DNA of 57,808 bases, taken from contig ADNK01002057.1 in NCBI GenBank assembly GCA_000320545.1, forward strand, positions 1 to 57,808, in the 5' to 3' direction. The translations under genes were made by a program, and so were the position numbers. This stretch comes from Bigelowiella natans CCMP2755. Lineage: Eukaryota; Protista; Cercozoa. A model generated the notes under the pieces. It worked only from the letters and a program-made list of their open reading frames with translations. It made no database searches and was not told the origin of the DNA. Shown in pieces: positions 12,887 through 25,247 of this stretch (positions are counted from its first letter, which is position 1; each line of letters opens with the position of its first letter).

Positions 12887-14293
12887 ATGATCCGGCAATT
12901 TGTGCGAGCGGGCAGTAATGCCGTCTTGTCGAGGACTAGTATAACGAGGCCACTGGGCTCACTGTCATCCAATGATGGGAAGCCGGTTACGCCAGATTTC
13001 AATACTACAGTGAATGTGGCTGACATTCGCCTTTCGAAGCCAAAACCCAAGAGCAACACCACATCACAGAATACAGGCACGTGGGAGGGTCTGAAAGGCT
13101 TGGAGGAAAGAACAAAGGGTAGCCTAATCGATGCGACTCTAAAGGAAATGGAGGACGATGATGACTTTCAGCTGACAGCAGAAAGATTGAAGACTCTCGG
13201 TCAAAAAAAGATGACACAGGAAGAACGGAAGAACCGCCGTCGTGCATTGGACAACTTGGGAGTCCCCGATTTCTACGCGTTTCTCGAAAAAGAAAAGGTG
13301 GCTAACGAGCTTAAAAGATCCCCTTCAGAGATACTTCAGCTCAACATCGGGCTTTACTGCAACCAAGCATGCAGCCACTGCCATGTTGAGTCCTCCCCCA
13401 AGAGAAGTGAGATGATGGACCGCAAAACATCCGAAAGGTGTCTCACTATTTTGAAAAACAGTCCTTCTATCCACACGTTGGACATTACGGGCGGTGCCCC
13501 AGAGCTTAATTCTGAGTTTAGATATCTGGTTACTGAGGCCCGCAAGATCCCTCACGTTAAGGAAATAATCGACCGATGTAACTTGACTATTCTCACTGAG
13601 CCGGGCCAGGAAGACCTAGCCGAGTTTCTTGCTGAAAATGAAGTTAAAGTTGTTGCTTCGCTTCCATGCTACAGTGCTAAAAATGTGAACCAACAGCGCG
13701 GCAAAGGGGTATTTGACCGTTCGATTCAAGCTCTTCGTACATTAAACTCATTCGGCTATGGGAAACAGCACGGTGGTGGCCTCACGCTTGATTTGGTGTA
13801 CAATCCGCTGGGAGCCTTTCTGCCCCCCCCACAAGATGCTCTCGAGGAGAAGTACAAAGAGGAGCTGATGCAAACGTTCGGCATCGAATTCAACAACCTG
13901 TACACGATTACAAACATGCCTATAAAACGCTTCGCCGACTTTCTGTTTCGACGCAACGAACTCCAAGAATATATGAATCTGTTAGTTAACAACTTCAATC
14001 CAGGCACCGTCACAGGATTAATGTGCACAAACACCCTCAATGTTTCATGGGATGGCACCGTGTACGATTGTGACTTCAATCAACAGCTAGCACTGGGTGC
14101 CGGCAGCTACGTTCCTGAAGGAATGGAGGGCAAAGGATTATATGCTAAATCAGGAGGAGAGGATGGGAAAGGTGTGTCTGTGTTTGATTTTGAGTCCGCC
14201 CTTGAGCTTGTAGATACGGAGATAGTAGTGGACAGCCATTGCTTTGGTTGTACTGCTGGTATGGGTTCCAGCTGACAAGGAGCGACCGCATAG
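12887..14293 (+). CDS. arsS: Radical SAM/Cys-rich (DUF3641) ArsS-family arsenosugar biosynthesis protein, predicted selenoprotein (TGA 14273-14275 = Sec), with N-terminal transit peptide
   Basis: LQLNIGLYCNQACSHCHVESSP (CxxxCxxC at 13358-13381), LDITGGAPELN, IDRCNLTIL, ASLPCY, VNQQRGKGVF, LDLVYNP, TNMPIKRF, LMC, YDCDFNQQL and C-terminal HCFGCTAGMGSS-TGA-QGATA-TAG. Intronless. First ATG is at 12887 (MIRQFVRAGSNAVLSRTSITRPL). Confidence 0.9.
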
Positions 14294-14562
14294 ATGTTAT
14301 TGATATGTGGTCATCGTCCATTGCTTATCCCCATCCTCTTTTCCTTATGCCACTTAGAGTTACATGTGCCTAGTATGTTGGAGGAGGCGTGTAAAGCCCA
14401 AACGTGATTTGAAACGTGACTCGTATTTGTTTGCTATCGCGTTGATTTCTCCCTTCCCCAGCCTTTGTGCATGAGATTTTTCGTTCGTTCCATTATTCTA
14501 TGTTGACCGAATGAGGAAAGGGAAACTAGAGAAATAAGAAGCAAGATTCCTTAGTGAATTCT

Positions 14563-14667
14563 AACCATTATATTTACGCGGGTGACGCTAAGCGCTTCGA
14601 AATCTATCTTTGGAACAGAGTCTTCCAAGGACGAAGTGTTTAGTTGAGTGCGATAATCCTAATGGTT
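14563..14667 (+). promoter_or_regulatory. Eukaryotic type II SECIS element in the arsS 3' UTR
   Basis: Helix I is AACCATTA/TAATGGTT plus CGCG/TGCG. The core is GTGAC (14582-14586) opposite TGAG (14645-14648). Helix II is GCTAAGCGCTTCG/CGAAGTGTTTAGT, 13 bp fully paired with G-U. Unpaired AAA at 14600-14602. Apical mini-helix TCTTTGGAA/TTCCAAGGA. Confidence 0.9.
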
Positions 14668-14845
14668 TTCCAAGTAGATTTGATTAAATTGAAATGTCTT
14701 CATACTCCTCGCATGCGCTTTTACTTATGCGCTGAAATAAGCTAACGTCACTGACATATTGCGCACGCTTTGCTGTCATCTGCAGTGTATTGAAAAAGTA
14801 GTATATATTGTGTACAAGCAAGACGACAGCAGGCACTAGGGCGCC

Positions 14846-15133
14846 CTGGAGCTCAAGGGGGGCTCGGGTTTGCGGACACAGCAATCGCAGGCGCCCTGCG
14901 GCCCTGCCGAGCGCCGCCGGCCGAAGCTGACTTGCGGAAATGGCTTCTCTTGGCGCGTTGCGCTATTTCCGCATTTCACCAAGCCAAAACACAGCATTTT
15001 TCTGAAATTCAGTGAAATCTGCAATGGAAACTTGCAAACATCACTGCAACCACCCGAAAATTTTTCGCGATCCGCGCGGAAAAAACACCCCTTTAGCCGC
15101 AAAACCCTCATTTCCGCCCCCCTTGATCTCTAG
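14846..15133. mobile_element. Non-autonomous DNA transposon (MITE-like) relic
   Basis: Terminal inverted repeats CTGGAGCTCAAGGGGGGC and GCCCCCCTTGATCTCTAG match at 16/18. Subterminal GGGTTTGCGG/CCGCAAAACCC. Internal inverted repeat TGCGGAAATGGC/GCTATTTCCGCA. No TSD found. Confidence 0.6.
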
Positions 15134-15824
15134 ATTACCCACTAGCTAGATGATGTGCACATCACATTGCGTTGCTAATGAGGCCAACACTCAATGACTT
15201 TTATTTCTGCTGCTGCTGCTGCTGCTATGGCTTTTGGTCTACTCGCGTACAAAATATCAATGCGACGGCATGCTTGCGTAGTGGTTCAACCAGCTTACAT
15301 GGCATTGCGAGGCGACGCCGCCTTCATAAAAAGCTGGCTATTGGCGTGTAGGATGGATTCCTTACACGTTGGGTGATGACGGAGTACGCAATGCAATCAC
15401 GAACTTGTCACATTTCCCACGCGTAATACGAGTGGCAAACTTTGGTGACTCTAGGACTGCGCACATAGCCTTGACCTAAGGCACGGGAGCGAAAGAGCTA
15501 AATGAAGATGTGTACGACCTTTACAGTCCTGTAAAACACGGCTAGTTCTTATTGGGATAAAACAATGCGACATCGCGCACATGCAGAAAATTACAAAAGC
15601 TGCTGTGGCTGTGCACGCAAATTTGCCAATTACCTCCATCTCAAGATAATTTTGTGTAGCACTAGTAAGTACTTGCGCGTTGTTATTTGTATGTTGTAAC
15701 AATTTCATAGCAAGCATTTGAGCTAACTCTAGAACTCGTTCCCTTTCTACAAGTACAGATCGGATATAGAAATACAGCTAATTGTGTAACTCTGTCACTT
15801 GACCCTTGCTTTCAGGGATATTCA

Positions 15825-16979
15825 TTATGCTTCGGAATCGGAGCTGAGGTCATTGTCATCTCCCCTACCACCGTACTTGGCCATGGCAGCTTTGATTTCC
15901 GCTTCTCCCTCGAGATACTTCACAGAAGTGTCGAACGTCTTCTTGGCAGCCGTGCGTACCATACTCTGCTGCACTGAGAGAAGTGGGCCGACAGTAGCGA
16001 TAAGGGAAGACATGAGGGGCGATGAGACCTTCGTGGCGGTACTCTTGTGCTCCATTACGCGATGAATTGCTGTCAGGAGCGAGCCCTTGACGTGTGCATC
16101 CTCCTCTCTACGGACCTGGGACACAAGATCCTGGATAACGTTGTCTACGCGAGCGTTGTGCTTCATCATCGTCGCCAGTCCCTCCACCGTCTTCTCGCGC
16201 ACCTCAGGTGATTTGTGGTGTAGCGACTTGCGGAAAGTGGTTTGCAGCGCGGAGAAGAACGCCTTGAGTCGAGGCCCGCACCGTGCTAGCAGCAGCGCCA
16301 ACGTCTGCAGGATCGCCACCTTCACTCCCTCGGAGAAATTTTCACTCGCCATTCGAATTAGCGGCCCGGTTATCAGCATAACGTAAGGGTTAAGCGCGGT
16401 GGGTGCAGTGAGTGAAACGAATGTGCCAATCGTGTTTGCAGCCAGCTCCTTTGTATTTTCGTTGCCTTTCATCAGCCCCTCGGTCAGTAGTTGGATGAAT
16501 GGACGCAGCGCTCCGCGCACATTAAGGCCTGGCAGCTCGAATATGATCTTTTGTGTTATGTGTTGTTGCAGAGGGGGGAGAGGAGGAAAGAGATATTTAG
16601 GTGAATGATAAATCAAATCGTCGTCATCATGATTATTACGACGTGCATTATTCTCTTCCTAGACCTCGTAATCACCATCGCAGCGTCATAATTACCTGAT
16701 TTGCACTGATATCATGGGTCACCTCCCGGAGGATGGCAGCCACTTGTTTGATGTATTCTGCGTTTTTGTTTTTCGGCACGAGCTTCATCACGTTGGCGGC
16801 AGCCATTACCGCGTGCTTAAGTACCTGACAGAAAAAATATGGTTGGTTGCGATGTGAATAATGATGATGATGATGATGCGACGGCTATGATTATGATGAC
16901 GACGAAGGCGACGACAACGAAGAGGAAGAAGAGAAAGAGAAGTGGAAAGATGACGATAATGATAACGATAATGATAATA

Positions 16980-17013
<34 letters not shown>

Positions 17014-20000
17014 CAACAACAACAAAAAAAGTTAGCAAATATTCTCTCCTGATACTCTCATCATCACCTCTGCTTCCTTTGCAGCAAAGAGCAGGAGGGC
17101 AGCGTGTAGCATACTTTCCAGATTATGCACTAGATCGCACTTGGACTCCTTAGCAAAACGCTCCAGCAGTTCTACCGCAGCTAGCTTGTCGTGGTTGTGG
17201 GCCTTCGCCCGCGGCGATTGAATAACCTCACAGAGTGTTGCCACGAGCGCATGCACAGCGTCCTGGCGCAGATTCGCGTTCAGCTGCGCCGCGTGCTGCA
17301 GGAACTCCTGGCGGCGAGGTCCGTTACCAGCCACAGCTTCGCGTTCCATCGCCTCAATGAAGGCGCGGGTGACGTTCTCAATGTAGCGGTAGAAGGACGT
17401 TCCGAGCACTTCAGCAAGCGATGCAAGCGCCTGCGCGCGGAAGAGAGAGATCGGGCGCTGCATCAGCTGAGGAACAAGGAAGGGCAGCACCATCCTAGAG
17501 TGTGTCTTCAGAATCTGCCTCATGCCACCCAACACCAGCTCCGGTTCGATGTAACCGTCATCATCGCCATCCTCGTCATCTCCTGCCTCATCTTCATCCT
17601 CATCTAGCTCGTCACCATCTTCTGCTTCCTTCTCCTCGATGTCGTTGTCGTTGGCACCGAGCTGCTTCACTAGGGCAGGAACAATCTCATCGATGGCGTC
17701 CTGGCCAACGATGCTGTGCAGCGTCTGGAAGGCAGCGCCAGCCGCCTCGCGTACGCTCTCCACTTCGTCGCACAGCGCGTCTCGCACGGCGGCGATGAGC
17801 ACAGGCACGTACTCCGAAATACGCTTTTTTGAGGTTGAACGCATGATTTCGCTGAGACCAAGGCACACGCCTTGCCGCGTCGACTCCTCCTCGGAATTGA
17901 GGCGGGTTTGAAGCAACGGCACCACCACCTTCAGCACTCCCACACCCATCTTCTTGACGATGCCGCCCAGCGCTTCGCCGGCGCTATGCTGCTCTGTCTC
18001 GTCGGTGGAAGCGAGCGAGGCGATTATTTCGTTGATCAGCGTTGGGAATATGGAGGTGAGGGTTGCCGGCGAGTTTACGACGACAGCTTTCCACACACGC
18101 CAGGCAACGTTGGCCACCATGTGAATGGAATCTGACCGCATCAAGTAAATCGCTGCCAGGATACGGTCGCGTCGCGGCAGGCCGATCTTGTTGGCCATTA
18201 TCATGTGCACGCGGGTGGTAGTGATCTTGGCACCCTCTTTCTGCTCGTCTGTGTTGTCTACCAACTCCTCGGACTCCGTTTGCGGCACCACCACCTGACC
18301 CGCTGCACCGGCGAGATTGCACAGGTAAGTCCCCATGATGTGGCAAGCACCCATGCGACATCTCCACTCTCCGAGCTTCAGTCCCTCTTCTAGCGCGGGC
18401 AACACGCTCTCGATCTGCTTTGTCTCTGAATATGACTCCGCGATGGAGTGGCCGGCCTGAAGGGCCAGACTACGCACCTCCACCGACTGGTCATCAAGCA
18501 GCTCCAGCACCGAGCGCAGCACGTTGGGGAGGAAGGGCACGAATTTGATGCCGAACGCGTCCGGCAGCGTTATGAAAAGATTTGCAAAACCCTCCCGCAC
18601 CGCAGGGGTTTCGTCGCGAACGCCTTCGAGGATGGTTGGGAGGAACTTCGTCACAGACTCGCTCCCCATCACCACCAGCAGGTAAGCCACAGCCAGGGCC
18701 GCACCCGAACGCTCCACGGCGCTCTCTGGAGCGCGTAGTCTTTCGATCATCTGCTGCATGATGCCAGGCATCTCATCCTCGCCAAGCCCCTTATACAGCG
18801 ACCCGAGTGCCTGAGGGATGGGCAAGGTGATGATACGTCGACGATTACAACGACGAGGATGATGATGATGGTGATGATGATTGTTGTGAGTGTTTGGATC
18901 GTCGGATTGCATTGGTGCTATCTACTGTCTCTAAAATTAACTAACTCCACCACTACTATAAACTACTACAATTCACCACTTTCTTCTTCTTCTTCTTCTT
19001 TTAATGCTCGTTTACCATCGCAGCGACTTTCCGCACGGTAGGATGCACGTCCGCGACAATGCCTTTAATCAGGTCGATGAGGCGCGCCGAGTAGGGCAGC
19101 AGATCGTTGGTGTCCGACACCAGCGAGCAGATTGACCCGGTGATTTGCGCAGCCATTTGCTTCACTTTGCCTTTACGGTCTCGCAGCCCCCTCCAGATGA
19201 TCGGGATCAGTAGCGCCAACGAGGCCGCGTCCACCGCATGGACGAATGACGTATCGATAAGCCTCTGTAGTGCCGCCTCCGTCTTCGCGGGCTTTGCCAG
19301 CGCCGCGAGTATGGCCGGCAGCGACGTGTAGAGCTCTGGATTGCTCACAACGCTCCCTACCTGCTTCAGAGCGCGTCGAGCTCCGCGCTGAACCTCCTCA
19401 TGAGGGTCAGACAGCGACTGCAGAAGGCGCGGGATGATGGTAGGCAAGGCCTGGGAAAGCTGATCGGTGGAACAATGCGCCATGGAGCCTAGCAAACCGA
19501 TGGATTCGAGCTTTGTTCGCCACTTCTTATCGTTGAGGCTGCGTAGCACAAGCGGCATAACGATTTTCATCCCGCTTGACGTGATGTTGGCCATGATCTG
19601 CCGCGAGGCGTCCTGCGTCGCGCGCCGGACGTCCTTGGAGTTGTCACCGAAGCTACGGAGCAGGTGCGGGAGGATGTGAATGAGGCAGGGCTCGAACTTG
19701 TAGCCTAGTGAGCAGAAGAGGCGCTCGTAGGCGAACAACGCGCCCTCCCTTACCTTGTAGCTGCCCTTGTTTGTCACCATCTTGGTAAGCTCCGCGAGAA
19801 TCCCGTGTTCCTTCAGCATTTCCATCCCCAGCCCCTTAACTATACCGCCGAGTCCGAAGGCCGCGCCTTTTCGCACGCCATAGGAGGAGCCCTTTAATCC
19901 TGCAAGGCACTGGTCGATGTAGGTCTTTGCATCGTCGTCGTTTACCGCGGGCATGAGGTGCACAAGGCACTCGCTCACAGCGACCTGGACGTCGTAGGAC

Positions 20001-23000
20001 GGCGTCTGCAGCATCTCGATCAGGAGGGAAATGACGTCGCTTACCTTCGGGCTCTCACTCGGTATGAAGCGTGCAGCGTTTCCAAGGCAGATAACCACGC
20101 CTTCCCGCACCCTGTCCATCATTGCCTTCTCCTCCGCAGACGACGATGTAGCTTTGCTGCTCTTTCCCTTCTTCTTCTCAGCAGCAGCACCGCTACCACT
20201 GAGCGCGAGGTGTGCTTCCAGCATTGGCAGCATGACGTCTGTGTGGCGATCTCCATACTTCTCTATCAACGTTAGTGCAGCGTCCAAGGCTGCGCTCCAG
20301 ACATAACTGACCGCATCCTTGAATGCATGATCGATGAAAAACTGCATGAGCTTTTGGAGCACTTGGCGCCCTGTACTGCTGCTCCTGCTGTCGCTGATAA
20401 CGTACGGCGCCGCCTCACGTATCGCCAGGCACACTGCGTGACGTGTCGGAGAGTTGTCGATGAACGTAGTCGCTTCGTCGTCGTTGTCAAACGCGACCGC
20501 TCCACCTTCCCCCATCCCCCCGTACGTGGGCAGATCCTCCTGCGCCTCTACATGCTCATCGGGTGAGGCAATGAAGATGGCGATGAGTGCATCGAAAGTT
20601 GATTCTACCGTCGTCTTCGTGTGCTGAGACATGGCCTCGGCAATGGCAGAAGCTGCTGCGGCGCGGACGTTGTGTGTTGAGTGCCCGAGCAGATCGATGA
20701 GGCCATATGCCTCGTCCGCGTAGTTTTCTTTCACGGAAAGATTGTTGGTCTCCCACACGCGCGTGGCTGCTCGTTTCACGAATGGGTCGGAGTCGAAGCG
20801 ACCGATCAGCACGCGCGATACATACCCAAGGCTGCCGATCTTCTTCTTTCCTTTTCTGGCTCCGCCGCCGCAAAGGGACGCCGAGAGGAAGGCAGTAGAC
20901 TGCAGCACCATGGCGTTATGCGCTGCGAGACGCGCATCTACGTTGTCGCTGAGCACTCCCAAGTCGCCGAGGAGAACAGGAAGCTCATGCTCCGCGAGTG
21001 CTTGAGAGACTTTGAAGAACGAGTTCCTTATCCTCTTCTTGTTTGCCTGTGCTGTCTTGTTGTCGCAGGCCATAAGACGGAGCAGTAGCTCACTCAACAT
21101 TCCGACAGGGTATCTGTTGTTGATGGAGCGGAGGGGGGGGGGGGAGGAAGAGAGAAGGTATAGGCACGGTTCATATATCAGGATTTAGGAGATCGATCAG
21201 TGTAAAGAACAGCCGCAGCTAGCTTGTGTGAGACGTGTTTCATAGAACGAAGTATACGCGCACATTCACGCAATTTGGGATTGGATAGGGGGGGGATGCA
21301 GGTCATGGAACAGAAGACACCAATAAGGACCAACCACTCAATAATCAATCTACAACTCACCTTGAAACTGCCACGGTTCTTTGTCGCGCATCGTCAACCT
21401 TCCTTTCACTACTGCTACTACTTTTCTTCTTATTTTCCACGAGCAGTCGCTCATTCGCGTGGGCAACGACGATATCGATATAGGCCGTCAACCCCAGAGG
21501 CTTTGGGAGCAGCTTCTCGCCATGATTTTTGTTCTTCGAGCTCATACGAGAGAGATACTTCTCACCGCGATTACCCCCGCTCTTCGCTTTCTTCTCTCCC
21601 AAGGCAGCAGCTTTCGCTTCTGCCTCAGCCTGTTTAGCCTCTCGAATCTTCTTCTCCTCCTCCCACTCACTTCGCTTCAAGTCGCTGTACTCCAGTGCGG
21701 TAGCAGCCAGTCGCAGTAGGTTTCCGACGAAGATCATGGTAGGGGCGGAGAGACCCAGTCGCTGTGGAGGTGTGTCTTCTTTCCCCTCCTCCTCCTCCTC
21801 CTCCTCGTCGTCATCATAGCCTTCATCGTCACCATTGTTGGCCGCTGAGCGTGTTTCAGCTTGCACATTGATCGTCTCACCCTTTACAAGGGAGCATATG
21901 CGGCGGATGCAGCGGGCGATAAGGCTATCCTCCTCCAGCTCGGCGTAGAAACGCTTCATATCGAACAGCACCGCGTCGGTATCAACATCGATGGCGTTGT
22001 CTTCTTCCTCCTTCTCGTCACCCTTCTTCTCCTCCTTGCTCCTTCCCCCCCTTGACTTCTTCTTCTTCATCTTCTTCTTGTCAACGAGGTAGAGCGCGAC
22101 GCGACACACGCTGCTGGTGACGAGGTCGAGCGTGTTGTTGGAGAATCCCGTCGCCTTCGCGCGCAGGTTGTCCAGGCTTTGCCCGCGCAGCGCGTAAGCG
22201 AAGGCGTGCGTCGCGAAGGCTGCCGATGTTCCAATGACAGGGTCAGCGATTCTAGCTTGCACAGGCTGCGAGAAGCTCGGCACAACGCGCTGATGCGCCC
22301 ACTCTGGAGCTGCCTTGCAAATCGTCGCGAGTAGATCCAAGGCTGACGCGATTGGCGCTACGACCTGCCATCGAATCTTAGCTCGGAGGTCCGCCTGCCG
22401 CCTCCTGTCGTCCTCCAGCACCTTCATCTTCTCTTCTTCAAACTTGCTCAGCGCCTCCTTCTGCATCTCCTCGCGGGCCCAGCGCTCCTCCTCAGCCGAG
22501 TAAGCTTTGTTGCGGGACCGCACGTTGGCGGTGTTGATCTGCTTCGCCTGCAGCCGCTTGCGCCGCCCATAGCGTGCCTCGTCGATGACCGCGACCTTCC
22601 TCTCGTCTTCCTCCTCCCCCTCCTTCTCCCCACACGCTCCGCCTTCCCCAGCACAGACTACTGCGATCTCGTAGGGTGTGAGGGCGTCGACATCTTTGCA
22701 AGACTGGAGCAGCTTCAGGATAGGAGGTAGAAGCAGCTTCTCGGTGATGGAAGGACATGTTTTGGTGATGGTAGCGGCCAGCATAATCCATGCTTTCCTC
22801 TGGCAATAGCTCCTAGACCTCAACCCATCGGCTGAGAGCAGCTGCTTAGAGAGAGCATCCCCCTTGCCTTCCTGCTGGACCAAAGAATTGAAGGCGTATG
22901 CAGATACAAGAGACAGTGATGATGACGCCGACTCCTTTCCCTTCTTCTTCTCCTGCTTCTTCTCCTCCTTAGCAGTCTCAAGGCCCCCCTCCCTTTTCCA

Positions 23001-24121
23001 GCGACCGAGCAGTATCTTCCAAGCGGCTGGGCGGAGGCGGGGAATCCCGGATCTACGTCGGTATTGCGCTATGGAGAAGAGAGGATGGTGTGCGGCCAGT
23101 GATATGGACAACACACCACGCTGGGAGCGGAGGCACTGCGCTCCAAGAGCTCCTATCATGCGCGCACACATCTGGAAACGCCCCTCCCCCGACGCTCGTG
23201 GGGTTGTCGATAATACTGCTGATGGAGGGCCCCCGGACGATGACAAAGTAGCAATCCCCTCACTGCTCTCTCCATTTCCTCCAGAGGATGATGAGAGCCC
23301 GCCATCATTTTCGTCGTCTCCCATGAGGAGCTCCGCGCGAGGCTTGGGAGGTGATCGATGGAGTTCGTCGAGAAGGGTGAGGAGGCAAGGCAGCAGCGCG
23401 TCCAAGACCAAAACGCTGCTCTGCTCATTCGTGGATGTAATCATCATCATCATCATCACCATAGCAGCAATGTCAGATAGTCATCGCATTTTGACGTGTT
23501 AGTGCAGATGGATGATATATAGATAAATAGATGATGATGAAGACAAACGCATCATGAGTTTTAAAACACAGGCGTGAGGGAGGAGACAGAGAGATACCCC
23601 AACTCACTATTCTTTCCTCTCCATTTATCATCGTAATTATCATCATCACCACCACAAACTCATTATCCCCTCTATCTTTCTCACGCTGCTGTCCCCCTCC
23701 CTCTCTAATCGCCGTTAATGACTGCTCGCAGAAAAGTAATTGTCATCATCATCATCCTCACCACCACCACCACCACCACCGGTTATTACTTTGATGATGT
23801 CTTCAAATGTCTTTGCAGCCGTTCTTCGGACGATGGAAGATCGATGGAGAAACAGGCAAAGCATCCCCTTGAGAAACGCACTATAGGGAGACCGCAGCGC
23901 TTTTGACCTGGTATTATTAACTTCAAAAGAGATTTGATATGATGATGATAGTAATTTTCAGATGGGTTAAGAGAGGCCATATTGGATCAGCACCCATACT
24001 CTCCGGCCAATATTCATATCCCTACGCGCGCACACACACGTGCGCACCAACAGGGGTTTTTGTGTTTGTTTTCTTACTCGATTTCTTCATCAGTCCACTT
24101 CACTTTCTCCTCTGATGTGCA

Positions 24122-24160
<39 letters not shown>

Positions 24161-25123
24161 TGATGATGGTGATGATGAATAAATGCTATAAACTCAGGAA
24201 CCCCAAAAAACAACAACAACAACAACGACGACGACGAATGTAACACATCATCTTCTGACTTTTCTTCTCATCCGGAGGGTTCTTGGCCTTCGTCCCACCA
24301 CGGGGAGCTGCACCTCGTTTGTTGCCCTTTTTGCCCTTCCTCTTCTTCGCCTGGAGAAAGAGAGATTGAGAGAGAGATAGAGGGGGGAAGAGAGAGGGAG
24401 AGGTGGCCAGTGGGGTATCAGAATCAACGGGGGATGTGATTATAATTATGCACGAACACACATATATTTACACATGTGTGTATTCATTGCGGAAGTGCGT
24501 ACGTCAGGCTTGCTGGTCTTGGTGTCCTGGGAGGCGTCATTATCGCTGCTAGGCGGAAGATCCTCAAATGGCTGCGGCTTTATCATGTCCTGTTGATGTG
24601 AGGAGGAGGAGGAGGAGGAGGAGGAGGAGGAGGAGAATGATGGCCATGTTGCGTGTTGGTCAATGATCTTCGGACAGGTTAATCCTAGTTTTTTTTCTCA
24701 ATGCTTACTGCTGCGAATCATTATCATCATTGTCATTATCATCATCATCATCATCATCATCAACTATGATCCTTCAACGATTTGAGACACACGCTAGCAG
24801 AGCCGGCAACACACCCAATGGTTTTCGATGAGGTGCCTCCCAAGACTCAAGTGACTGAGAGCTCCCTGAGAACCACAAATACACGTCGCAATTATCATCA
24901 CCAGCGAAAATGATTTCCCCTCTCCTGCTGCCCGAGATGACAGCTTACCGTTTCTGAGGACGATAATACGGCCTCTCGATCGTTGAGCAAGCTCTTTTCG
25001 CCTCGGAATACCTGACAATATATCGTTCGTAAATCTAGCTATTCATACTTAGATCTAATGTATATACTCAGCTATGTGCTGTTGTTGCAACAAAGCATGC
25101 TTGAGTCATTTATTGATGAAAGA

Positions 25124-25160
<37 letters not shown>

Positions 25161-25191
25161 TGTGTGTGCGCGCGCGCTGTATGCGAGTCTT

Positions 25192-25247
<56 letters not shown>

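Noticed and set aside
14273-14275. Genome-wide reassignment of TGA to Cys or Trp as the explanation for the arsS TGA
   Set aside because: TGA is a normal terminator for the VDAC, HDHD5 and zf-4CXXC genes here, and multi-kb exons contain no in-frame TGA. The SECIS explains the single case.
12824-14293. Bacterial contamination or misassembly of arsS
   Set aside because: It has a eukaryotic-type 3'-UTR SECIS and a presequence, and it fits the local alternating gene pattern.
14839-15140. 8-bp hAT-type TSD for the MITE
   Set aside because: The flanks GGGCGCCC and GATTACCC match at only 4/8.
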